A stretch of DNA of 63,934 nucleotides, counting the filler, from Craspedostauros australis (taxonomy: Eukaryota), in NCBI GenBank assembly GCA_030167865.1. It is 9 parts of 9 records of this genome, joined end to end, with 100 filler letters (N's around TTAATTAATTAA, not from the genome) between each part and the next. Parts side by side here need not be neighbours in the genome. Positions count along the whole stretch, not along the records: positions 47,539 to 49,710 come from JALAGF010000899.1; positions 49,811 to 57,943 come from JALAGF010000900.1; positions 58,044 to 59,917 come from JALAGF010000904.1; 6 more parts are not named here. One strand, written 5' to 3'. The position numbers and the translations under genes were made by a program. Each line of letters opens with the position of its first letter. Position 1 is the stretch's first letter. Of this stretch, positions 48,098 to 58,167 are shown in pieces. Under the pieces are notes generated by a model that was not told the origin of the DNA, did not search any database, and saw nothing but the letters and a program-made list of their open reading frames with translations.

Positions 48098-49710
48098 GTG
48101 ACGACAATGGCCACGACAACTGCGATGGCACACAGCAAAGGTGGCAAGCTCGACGATCGGACGGCGGCATCCTGTACCGCTGACGATGCCGCCTCTTGTG
48201 AACGCTCTGCCGCCATCAATCGCGAGGGGCAAGTCAATTACAATGGCTCCTCAAGCTTCATTGAAGCATCAGGCACACCGTCCACCGACTTCAGTATCAA
48301 GAGCGACACCGGCAGCCAACAGGTGGGAAGAGGGTCCTCCCATTTCTCCACCCCCAGACTATCCTCCTCGAACCGCCCCCCACCACCAAGCGACATGCTC
48401 GAGCTTCGACCAACAATGGTCACGGAGACCAAACGCATGCGCACGGCCAGAAAGCTGGCAGAGATCTCGCAGGCATCTCTAGACTTCTCACGTATCGGAC
48501 TCATTGGGAGGGACAACGAAAAACGTGTCCTCAACCGGCTCTTCCAACAGATCCTCAAGAAGCCATCATCCGAAGAATCCGCATCTTCGTTGGACAAAAG
48601 GGCTGCCGACCACGACCAGGAAACCGGTATCTCAGGTTTCCACGACACTGACAACGATGCCGACAATGGCAAGCCCACCGACCAGCATGCAGACACAGGA
48701 GGGAGCACCGTCCGATCCCTCGTTTCCATCTCCGGATACTCTGGTACCGGCAAGTCGGCGTTGGTTGCCACCCTGCGTCCCAAATGCAGAAGCAACCATG
48801 TCTTCTTCGTGTCCGGGAAATTCGATCTCAAGCAGATGAATGAGCCATACTCGGGTTTCCGAGCTGCCATGATCGATCTGTGTTCGCAGATCTGCAGCCT
48901 CCCAAGGACCAAAGCCAACGGCAGCGTACGTGAAGGACAGGACATCCGCAGTTTCGACGAGATCAAACAGCACATCATCAAGGGTCTCAACGTCGACGAG
49001 CTTCAAGCACTTCACAAGCTCGTCCCCAACCTCGCCAATGTCATCGGCAACGATGCGCTGTGTCACGCAGACCATCACGCCAACGATGGCGGCGAAAGCA
49101 CAGTCGTGTCTGCCCATCAACGCGCGCAAGTGGCACAAGGTTTCAAGGAACAGTCCATCCAGCTCAAGTTTGCCTTCCGCCGCTTCATCAAGGTCATCTG
49201 TGCCTACTGCCCCCTTGTGTGGGTTTCCGACGATGTCCAATGGGCAGACAAGGAGTCGCTCAACATGATCGAGTCATGGGTGTTGGATATCACCATCTCC
49301 TCTCTCATGGTTATCATCTGCTTCCGATCCAACCTCGTCGACATGGAAGGAGTCAGAAATGGTACTATCAGCAATGGGAACGTCCAAGGCTCCGATTTGG
49401 ACTCTGTGGCCACGTCCAGCGCAGCTAACGCAGTTGGCCAGATACTGGCGTCTATCCAGAAGATGCGACAGGAGCGCTTCATCCGGTACGTCGATCTGGA
49501 GGTCAACAATCTGTCACTAGACAACGTGCACACCATGCTCAAGCAGCTGTTGGGAATCTACAACGACGATGACGATGGCGATGGCAATGATGCTGAGCGC
49601 GACAGCAACAGAAGCGACAGCAGCTACGGACTGGCAGAAATAGTCTTCAAGAAGACCGATGGGAACGTCTTCTTCGTCCAACAGTTCATTCGGATGCTGG
49701 TCAAGGACGA
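48098..49710 (+). CDS. AAA_16/STAND-like P-loop ATPase (COG3899-like), truncated by contig break
   Basis: LIGRDNE, Walker A GYSGTGKS, FVSGKFD, EPYSGF, Walker B VWVSDDVQWAD, KTDGNVFFV. Exact start uncertain. Confidence 0.88.
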
Positions 49711-49810
49711 NNNNNNNNNNNNNNNNNNNNNNNNNNNNNNNNNNNNNNNNNNNNTTAATTAATTAANNNNNNNNNNNNNNNNNNNNNNNNNNNNNNNNNN
49801 NNNNNNNNNN
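49711..49810. other. Artificial contig-joining linker
   Basis: N-TTAATTAATTAA-N, 100 nt. Confidence 0.97.
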
Positions 49811-50184
49811 CTTGCGCGCAGATATCATATGTGAAGCTTACAGGCATATTCGACATCGTAATCGCTCTCTATCGCTCCATGCACCTCTCATTCGTAATGC
49901 TAGTTTCATTGTCACTAGCATCTCAAAAAAATATCATTGTCACGACAAGGACGACTCAACATTTCTGCAAATGAAGAGAAATGATTGGCCATTCGTTTCG
50001 TTCCAACACGTGGAAGGNNNNNNTGCCGGGACTGCAATGTGAAACTCAATTGTGTTTTTGGCTCCTAAAACGCAATCGAGTTTCACTTTCCGAGGGGGAA
50101 GTTCGCATGTTGCCCCTCTAAAAATGTCATTATCAGGTTATTTTGTACCGTGGGACTCGCAATGTGAAATGCGATATCCCCCTA
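49811..50184 (-). mobile_element. Terminal segment of a putative DNA transposon, copy A
   Basis: Inverted homolog of 57492-57866. Homology stops sharply at ...GATATCCCCCTA. Contains internal hairpins and a repeated GGGACT(C)GCAATGTGAAA motif. Confidence 0.65.
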
Positions 50185-50745
50185 GTTTGGCCCCAAGGAC
50201 GCATTTCCGAAGGAGGACTCATCCGCCAACTCCGCCTTCTTGTTCGCCTCGCTGAACACATGGCACGGGAGAGAGTGGGTGGGAATACCCTTTGTGTTGG
50301 CGTGTGCTTATCCCTTGGATTGGATCGCATCGAATAGGACTGTTACGGGTACGAGTTCATGTACATGTGCGTGTACGTGTATGATGATCTCTATGTTACG
50401 CGCGTGGACGGTATGTATGTATTGCTCGAGCTTCGTCAGTGGATGCTGCTGCTGCTGCTGCGTTGTGTCTATGAGTATTGTTTGGTGATGCGGATCAAAT
50501 GGCATCCTGGTTCTTGTTGCGTTGATGGAAGTTGACTCCTCTACCCTGTCCGAAGAGTATGGGGTCTTGCCTCTTCCGCAATGTTGTGCTGGTGCCTTGA
50601 CGATTCATGGTTCGGTTGCACCCCTCCTTGCTCGCCCCCAGCGCGAAGCAGCAACCGTATCCATGCATCCACTCGTGGCATTGCCATTGCCACTATGACT
50701 GACTATCACAAGCCTGTGCGAGAGCCACCTTTGCATCGCTTCTCT

Positions 50746-50779
<34 letters not shown>

Positions 50780-50959
50780 GCGTGTTGCGTGGTGAGATGG
50801 TTGACTTTCCCTTCCCCAGTTCAATCCATTTGCAATGTGACGCCTCGCCAACATCCGACCTGCTGGTGTGGCTCATACTCCGACGGAGGGCTGTGACTGA
50901 CGCTGAGACTGCACTGAACTCGCATGTCGCGATCTTGTGTACGGTACCGTACTCATGTG

Positions 50960-51184
50960 TCAGCAAGCGATGTCCTTGACATTGGAAAAGTACGAAGGCG
51001 TCGGTCTCGTTTGCTTCATCGCCCTCAATTCATCCCTCGTGTACCAGATGGACAATCGATCGGCCTTGCTCAAATCGTTCATGTGGGGCATGCACACCAT
51101 GGTCACTTTCCGCGAGAAGGACACCATCTTCTTCTCCTCAGTGTGCGTCGATTCTGAGCTCTCAGAGTCCTGTGGTGCGTTCAT
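50960..51184 (-). CDS. Short (74 aa) member or fragment of the same diatom-type family as 38062-39282
   Basis: KKMVSFSRKVTMV...DRLSIWYTRDELRAMK motif pair; lacks the RGLE region. Confidence 0.5.
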   Translation of the reverse strand: MNAPQDSESSESTHTEEKKMVSFSRKVTMVCMPHMNDLSKADRLSIWYTRDELRAMKQTRPTPSYFSNVKDIAC

Positions 51185-52429
51185 GGTGGCTGTTTGCTCG
51201 TTTGCTGATTTGTCGTCGTGAACTGGTGGAAGTATTATATGAGTGAGAGAGTCTCTTGCTGTCGTTGCTGCTGCTGTTGCTGCTGTTTTGAGAATGGATG
51301 TGATGATGGGGGCAGGAGATGGATTTTATGTTGGAGTCCTCGACTGGTATGTATTGATGCCGTAACCGTGCGTTGTGTGTGGTTCTTGGGTGTCCCAACA
51401 AGAGGGGGTGTGGCAGTTCCTGATGGGGTTGATGTTGCTTTTCGGCGGTGTGCTCTCTGTCTTTCTCGCGCTTCCCTCTACGCTCAGAGGTCGTGCTTCA
51501 ATGAGAATCGACAACATCAACGAACGCCAATCGAGGGTCAGACGTCCGCCATCCGCAACTGTTACCCTTGTCGTTGGTGTCCGACGTGGATTGTCGTCAC
51601 CGTATCAGGTATCCATGGACACTTCTTGCCAGATACAGATGGGGACATCTGGACGATGATAGAATCATCCGATGGTCAGGTGTCAAGTCGGTTGATGTTT
51701 TGCGTTGACGGGATCTCTCGCCCCCAACACTTCGCAAACATCACCAGACGAAGAATGGAGGTATCATCACGATACTCGTACAAAGCCATGATGGGAAGGA
51801 TGTCACGCAAACATGATGCCTGTTGTCTACCCGGAGGCTTCCTTCACAGACAGAGAGGAAAGTGTCACACACAGCAGATGTTGTGTTCGTCAACTCCACG
51901 CGGAATCTGTTCCGTGTGGTCAAAACGGCATCTGCACGAGCGAAAAGATCATTCGTTGTCTCTCCACCAGTTCAAAAAATAGCAACCAGGACGACATCAG
52001 CCTCCAACTCGAGTCTTGGGATCGGGCTCAGCGCGTCTGCTTGGGTGGTCCTCATGCTCTTTCTTTGTCGGTACTTTCTGGAATCCAACTTGTTTGCGTA
52101 TTTGTGGAGCATGATGCGCTTTCATCATCTCTTCATTGATCCTCCTCCAGAGTGTTGGAACGGTGCACTGCTCCAACATTCATGCACGCGGAGTCTTGAA
52201 CGCGATGCATTCCGCCTACGTTTCTTCCTATACTCTACTTTGCTTTACTATGTTTTGTTCTACAGTGCTGCTACTTGCTGCGACCACACTTTAACCTTGT
52301 GATCGAAAGCTGAAGGATGATGCGGGCAGACAGCAACGTTGCGAAGACTTGCACATCACACAACGAACCCATCTTCTTCCTCCACCTCTTGTACAATAAA
52401 ATGACGGATCACATTCGATCTTCCTCTTT

Positions 52430-54538
52430 TCATTTGCGCCAATTCCAGGTGCCGCCGTTGTTGTTGCTGCGACGTCTATCCCCGTTTATTCGATAACCTC
52501 GCGAGTTGCCATGACCAGGCGGGTTAGATCGATTTGAGTATCCTGCGTTGCGGTGCGGTGAGTGTGAGGGCACGCCATAGGGCGGACGTTGCATCTGCTG
52601 ACGCTGTTGCGCAGGATGGAACGGAGGTTGGGAGTACTGCATGTTCTGTGGTGGCCCCGCCGTCCCCGTGGCAGCATGCTGTTGCCCTGGCTGGAATTGG
52701 CCCGGATTCCCATGCTGCGACCGTGGGTCTGATGGCCGGCCGTACCTATCACCCCCGTGTTGCTGCCATCCTCCGTTGTGGGGTGGGTGGGGCGGATCAT
52801 GCCCGTGGCCTGGACCCGCGTTACCGTATCTGCCACTGCCTGCTGGTGCTCCAGGTCTCATCTCCATTGGTATCTGCCGCTGATAGTGATCGTGCGGGGT
52901 ATGTTGCGATCCGTTCGAGAAGCTGGATGAATCGCCGCCGCCATTATTTGGATGGTTGTGTGAAAACTGCGCCTGTACATAGTCGTGATTGGCACCAGGA
53001 TGCGTGTGGCTTGGAGGAGGCGGCGGCAGTGTGTGGGAATACCGCTGATTGTGGTTATAGTTGTGTCCGTGCTTGTGCTTGTGATTGTGTGGCAATGCTG
53101 ATTGCGCTGAGAACGATGAATTTGGTGTCCAAGCGGAATGTTGGGTTGGCTGGTAGGTTTGCTGGCGCATCGGTGTTGGTTGTTGTCGCTGGTGCCGCTC
53201 TCCCTGCACGATGCTGGCGGTGCCGCTTGACTGCTGCTGTTGCTGGTCTCCCCCCACGACGCTGGCGGGGTTGCTTGGCGGCTGCTGCTGTTTCGTTTGT
53301 TTTGACTTGGACTTGGATTGCCCCAGCCCAACCCCAACAAGCTGATCGTCTGGAAAGTCGGGCAGCAGCCTTGGTCCCTGACCAAGTAAGTACGGTTCCT
53401 CATTACAAAATCGCGCACTGGGATCCCATTCCGATCGGCGAAGTCTGAAGCAATCGACGGCACGTGCGGCAGCTGCGTGTTCCGCCAGAACTTTTTTGGC
53501 AAACCACACAACATCGACAGACGTCGTGGGGTCCTTGACAACGTTGTAGGTCCCCTCGTTGCCGTGCCTTCCCGACGCGAATCTCTCCTTTGTGATGGGG
53601 CACGTAAATCTGGATGTGTATCTGGCTAGATGTGGCAATGCGTTGTTGTGCCACGTGGTGAAGTCCTTGCCGACCAGCTGCCGCTTGTGCGGTGGTGCCG
53701 CGTACATCCGGAACAAGGTCTGCTTGGCGGTTAGCGCTTGGCTGCTGCCTTTGGAGTCGTTGGATTTGATCGAAGAAGCTCTCGATTTGGTCGATGACAT
53801 GCTCGTCTCTGATCGATTCGATCCCTTCCCGATCGATGCGGTTGAAGCAGGGCCTGGGCTTGCGGACACTGCAGAAGCTTTCGATCCAGACATTTTTCTG
53901 GTGCGCGCAGACCGATCATCACTGCCGCTCACCATTGTAACAGAAGGTGTGATGTTCCATGCCTGAATGTCACCTATATCCCCGTTGATCTCCGCGTATT
54001 CTAGCACCGGGGAGGTCGCCTGCCCCGAAGTTCCCGTCACGCCTGTTTGGACCTTCACGCTTGGAACAGACGGTTGACTGGCAAAGACATCATCATGTTG
54101 GACTGGAGCTGCCGCCTGTGGCTCAACACCTTGAAGTTCGATCTGCTGCTGCTGCTGCTGCTGCTGCTTCGGCCTTTCCACTTCCATATCGTTGGGACGT
54201 GCCGTGCCATCGTCGCTGCCGCAGGCGAGGAAGAGGCCTCGCGAAGATGTCGTCGACCAAGCAGTGCTGTGATCGTCGACGTCTTCGCGAGGCCTCTTCC
54301 TTGCCTGCGACAGCGACCATGACTTGTGCGCGCAACCCAACGAGTCGGGGACGTTCATGTCGTAGCGCCAGCCGAAACGCTCCGTGAAGTACTTCGTGGG
54401 CGGCCTCGAGATCTTCCCCAGCACGTTCTCCGTCAGCAAGGGCCGAGGATACGCAGCATGCAGCCGCAGCCCGCATTCTTCGGATGTGGGAATGAAGTCA
54501 TGGAAGTTGAAGTCGTCGGCTCCTCGGTTGGACGCCAT
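52430..54538 (-). CDS. Protein with a dsRNA-binding-motif-like domain and a Gln/Pro/Gly/His-rich C-terminal low-complexity region
   Basis: TAKQTLFRMY...FTCPIT...WFAKKVLAEHAAAARAVDCF resembles dsRBD helix-1 and the KKxAExxAA helix-2. Start could be 54538 or 54550. Confidence 0.65.
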   Translation of the reverse strand: MASNRGADDFNFHDFIPTSEECGLRLHAAYPRPLLTENVLGKISRPPTKYFTERFGWRYDMNVPDSLGCAHKSWSLSQARKRPREDVDDHSTAWSTTSSRGLFLACGSDDGTARPNDMEVERPKQQQQQQQQIELQGVEPQAAAPVQHDDVFASQPSVPSVKVQTGVTGTSGQATSPVLEYAEINGDIGDIQAWNITPSVTMVSGSDDRSARTRKMSGSKASAVSASPGPASTASIGKGSNRSETSMSSTKSRASSIKSNDSKGSSQALTAKQTLFRMYAAPPHKRQLVGKDFTTWHNNALPHLARYTSRFTCPITKERFASGRHGNEGTYNVVKDPTTSVDVVWFAKKVLAEHAAAARAVDCFRLRRSEWDPSARFCNEEPYLLGQGPRLLPDFPDDQLVGVGLGQSKSKSKQTKQQQPPSNPASVVGGDQQQQQSSGTASIVQGERHQRQQPTPMRQQTYQPTQHSAWTPNSSFSAQSALPHNHKHKHGHNYNHNQRYSHTLPPPPPSHTHPGANHDYVQAQFSHNHPNNGGGDSSSFSNGSQHTPHDHYQRQIPMEMRPGAPAGSGRYGNAGPGHGHDPPHPPHNGGWQQHGGDRYGRPSDPRSQHGNPGQFQPGQQHAATGTAGPPQNMQYSQPPFHPAQQRQQMQRPPYGVPSHSPHRNAGYSNRSNPPGHGNSRGYRINGDRRRSNNNGGTWNWRK

Positions 54539-55464
54539 CACTCGCAACATGCATGTATGTATGTAACCGAGTAGAGGGTGTCTGTATGTATGGACGTCTG
54601 CGTGCACGCACTCTTATGCTTGCCTGGAGAGCGAGAGAGAGAGAGAGTAGCGTTGGCACAGACTAATGAGCAACGCCGTCAACAATGCCAGTTGCAGTTG
54701 CAGCAGCGGCGGCAGAGATGGCGTGCAAGTTGGGATTACCAGATTAGTTCGGTTGAACGCTGTCCTCTCTTCTCCCGCTGGATCATCCACAGCACCCTGA
54801 TTAACATGGGTTGCCGTGTGACCGAAGACTTCGAAACGTGAAACCCCTGCGCATTGTAATTTGTGTCCACGCAGCGTGGTGAAAAATCTCAAAATTGCGC
54901 CATCGGCGACATCTTTCACAGTCGTTGTTGCTGGTGTTCCTTCCGTTTGTGTTTCGTCGAATCGAATTGTTGGCGTGTGTGTTTGGTGTGATTGATCGCA
55001 GAGTGAGTCACGGTTAAGACAACACGGTGATCGACTGGATCGACTAGATGGAACACACGATGTGACACAAAACAGCCCAGAAATTGCGGCTCGTCCAATT
55101 CTCTGTTTTTCGCATCGAAATCACCCAATACGGTCAATTGACAGACGGAGAAACAATGTGCATTCTTGTCGTATGTGCTTCGTTCAGTCGTGCAAAACAG
55201 AAACCGATTCGTAATATACGGATTAATGATTAAGATTCGTAGCTTTCGTGGAACGCCACGACTGGGATCTCAATAAGAAACGAAACAAATGATGGGATCT
55301 CGACGACAACATTGATGACGACAACAACAACAAAGAGACGGCAGAGCAGCAACAGCGACTCCATACCCAAACCTATTGAAGAGACTCCATACGAGCTACT
55401 GTAATCATATCCATCACGTTGGGATCACCCATCGGAATCATGCTGGAATCTGCAGATGCCGTCT

Positions 55465-55670
55465 CAGAAGGGACGGGAACGGGAATAGGGACATGAGCCC
55501 TTCACTCGCGGTTGATGGTGGCAAGCTGCCACTGGACATCGCAGCTCCATGACTCTGGCAACAGTGGTCATTAGATGGAAGGAGTACGAGGAAGATCTGG
55601 ACGCATTTCGCAGTGAGCCGGGATCATGAGAGCGTGGTGGACCTGCTGCTGCGTGCCCGCCATCGACATG
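55465..55670 (+). pseudogene. Degenerate ankyrin-repeat remnant
   Basis: One frame reads GKLPLDIAAP-stop...THFAVSRDHESVVDLLLRA, with a DGNGN...ALHS-like fragment upstream across a frameshift. Confidence 0.4.
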
Positions 55671-56366
55671 GTGATGGATATGTGGCACACGGATCATGCG
55701 GTGATGCAGTTGGGGATGAGCACGAGGAGCAGACCGAAGCATGTGGTGGAAGATGCTCGTGCGGAGGATTTATCGCAAGATACATTCCGGAGCGAGCTGT
55801 AGGGGACGAAGATTGTTGCTGGTGCTGCTGCTGCTACCGCAGCTGATGTTGCTAACAGTGCACCAATCGCGAAGCGGCGAAAGTGAGAGGCGGTGTTGAC
55901 GAGCGAGAGCTATCTCACTCAACAACATACGAGTATAATAGATGCTCGGTGGAAGAGTGCCACTTGATGTGCCCAGATGTCCTCCCAACAAACAGTTTGT
56001 TTCCTCATCATGTGAGGACCAGTGCACATACCAGTGCAAATACCAGTGCAAGTATTCTATGAGTAACAGTACCAGTACGAACACAAGGAACGCGTTGCTG
56101 CGATTGATACGTGGGAGTCTACCAAATGTATATATGTATGGTACTCTCCACACAGAGAGAGCTGCGTGTGCTGTACCAAAGTTCGTACTCTTCCAAATGT
56201 AATCCCTGCGCGAGCTTCTTACGCCCCTCACTTGATGGTGTGCCCACCCTCGGGCCATTCCGCTTTGATCTGTGCTACTATCATCATCATCCACCATCAT
56301 CATTCTCATCACAGCCACTGGTTGGCATGAATCCAATGTGCCATGAGACTCCAAATATTAGCAAAC

Positions 56367-57020
56367 TCAACGTTGAAACTCCAAGGACACGTCGAAGTCT
56401 GGCTGAAACCCGTTGTTGGCCAATTTCTGACCGATGGAGGCGTACAGATCAAGCTCGCTCTTGCGGCAGTAGTGCTCGTCCTCGTGGATCTCCTTCTTAC
56501 GCCACAGCCGCTCCACGACGGCGGATGCGGGTTGCAGCACCTGCTTCCATGCGGAGGAGTGGGACGAGGTGCAAGTAGGATGGGTCCTTTCGCTGTCGCC
56601 CAGATCCTTCGATTCGTACGGCGCCGTCAGATGCGGCGAGAACTCGATGATGTGAGAAGCGTGCATCTGCTGCATGTTCTGCTGCTGCTGTTGTCTGTTG
56701 CGTTTGGGCGACAGCGATCGGACCTTGCGTCTCAGTAGCGGATTGATCCGCCGCATGCACATGCCATTTTCTTCGTTCGTGGCTTCTCGTCGCGATCTGC
56801 CTCTGTTTGGCTTCTCGTTGATGGACATGGTGGATTCGTCGAGGCTCGCGTCGTCCTGGCTTGTATCGATGATGATCTCGGATGGGATGAAGTCGCAGTC
56901 GCCGAGGGAGGATTCGTCCGCATGCTCATCATCGTAGCCGACGTCGGCCTTGTGGTTGTTGCGCGGCTGGTTCCTTGTGGGGCTGTACTTCCGCAGTGTC
57001 TTTCGGATTATGTTCACCAT
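56367..57020 (-). CDS. Hypothetical protein (217 aa)
   Basis: ATG in CACGATG context, plausible composition (acidic patch, poly-Q); no recognised domain. Confidence 0.5.
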   Translation of the reverse strand: MVNIIRKTLRKYSPTRNQPRNNHKADVGYDDEHADESSLGDCDFIPSEIIIDTSQDDASLDESTMSINEKPNRGRSRREATNEENGMCMRRINPLLRRKVRSLSPKRNRQQQQQNMQQMHASHIIEFSPHLTAPYESKDLGDSERTHPTCTSSHSSAWKQVLQPASAVVERLWRKKEIHEDEHYCRKSELDLYASIGQKLANNGFQPDFDVSLEFQR

Positions 57021-57491
57021 CGTGCTGATCTTCGTTGCGCGATTTTGGCTGAGGATGCTGATGGTCAGGCTGGTGCTGTTTTAGTTGTGTCAGTGGCTTC
57101 ACAAACGTTGGCCAATATTTTATGATGTTATATGTAGTCGTAGAGCAGTATCAGTATGCTTTTGTGCTTTGTGAGGATGTTGATGTTGAGCGAGTTGTTG
57201 TGTGGTATGCAATGCAATAGTTGAAGCAGCAGCTTTGGGTGATGGCTGTTGACGTGATGTGGAGCGTGTTGTTGGGTGTTGTGCAAGATTATGGAGACAT
57301 GCTGCACAGGTTGCGCAACGAGGGCTGTTCTTCCCACCCAAGACATCCTCGATCCCGGCGATGGCGGCAGTGTCGGTGGCAAGATCTCCCGCCTCTCCTT
57401 GGCTGCACAGACACCGCGTTCTCTTGCGCTATTTGAGTGGTTTGTTTGTGGTGCTCAGATCGCACAAGATGTGCTCGATTTGGAGTGTGAA

Positions 57492-57943
57492 TAGGGGGAT
57501 ATCGCATTTCACATTGCGAGTCCCACGGTACAAAATAACCTGATAATGACATTTTTAGAGGGGCAACATGCGAACTTCCCCCTCGGAAAGTGAAACTCGA
57601 TTGCGTTTTAGGAGCCAAAAACANNNNNNNNNNNNNNNNNNNNNNNNNNNNNNNNNNNNNNNNNNNNNNNNNNNNNNNNNNNNNNNNCCAATCATTTCTC
57701 TTCATTTGCAGCAATGTTGAGTCGTCCTTGTCGTGCTGATGATAGTTTTTATGAGATGCTAATGATGATGAAACTAGCATTCCGAATGAGGGGTGCATGG
57801 AGCGATAGAGAGTGATTGTGATGTCGAATATGCTTGTAATCTTCACATATGATATCTGGGCGCAAGTATCAAAGGCCCCCTTCATGATCCAGCTGAGGAA
57901 TCTTTGCTCATATCCTATTTCACCCGATGCAACATCCGCGGCG
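57492..57943 (+). mobile_element. Terminal segment of the same putative DNA transposon, copy B (inverted relative to copy A)
   Basis: Starts TAGGGGGATATCGCATTTCAC; first ~130 bp identical to the reverse complement of ~50053-50184, outer part diverged; runs into the contig end. Confidence 0.65.
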
Positions 57944-58043
57944 NNNNNNNNNNNNNNNNNNNNNNNNNNNNNNNNNNNNNNNNNNNNTTAATTAATTAAN
58001 NNNNNNNNNNNNNNNNNNNNNNNNNNNNNNNNNNNNNNNNNNN
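57944..58043. other. Artificial contig-joining linker
   Basis: N-TTAATTAATTAA-N, 100 nt. Confidence 0.97.
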
Positions 58044-58167
58044 TTGTGGCTCTCTTGCCAGTTGACTTGTTGCATTCCATCAGCAGGATTCGTCTAGTTA
58101 CAACAAGCAAACATTGTACATTCTGACTCCACTATTTATGGTATTCTCGTTTGCCTTGCTGAGGTGG

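Noticed and set aside
23684..49710. LRR protein plus STAND ATPase as a split NLR-like system
   Set aside because: They lie on different contigs separated by a linker and far apart; no linkage evidence.
46051..49710. P450 and ATPase as a gene cluster
   Set aside because: Adjacency is created by the artificial linker at 47439-47538.
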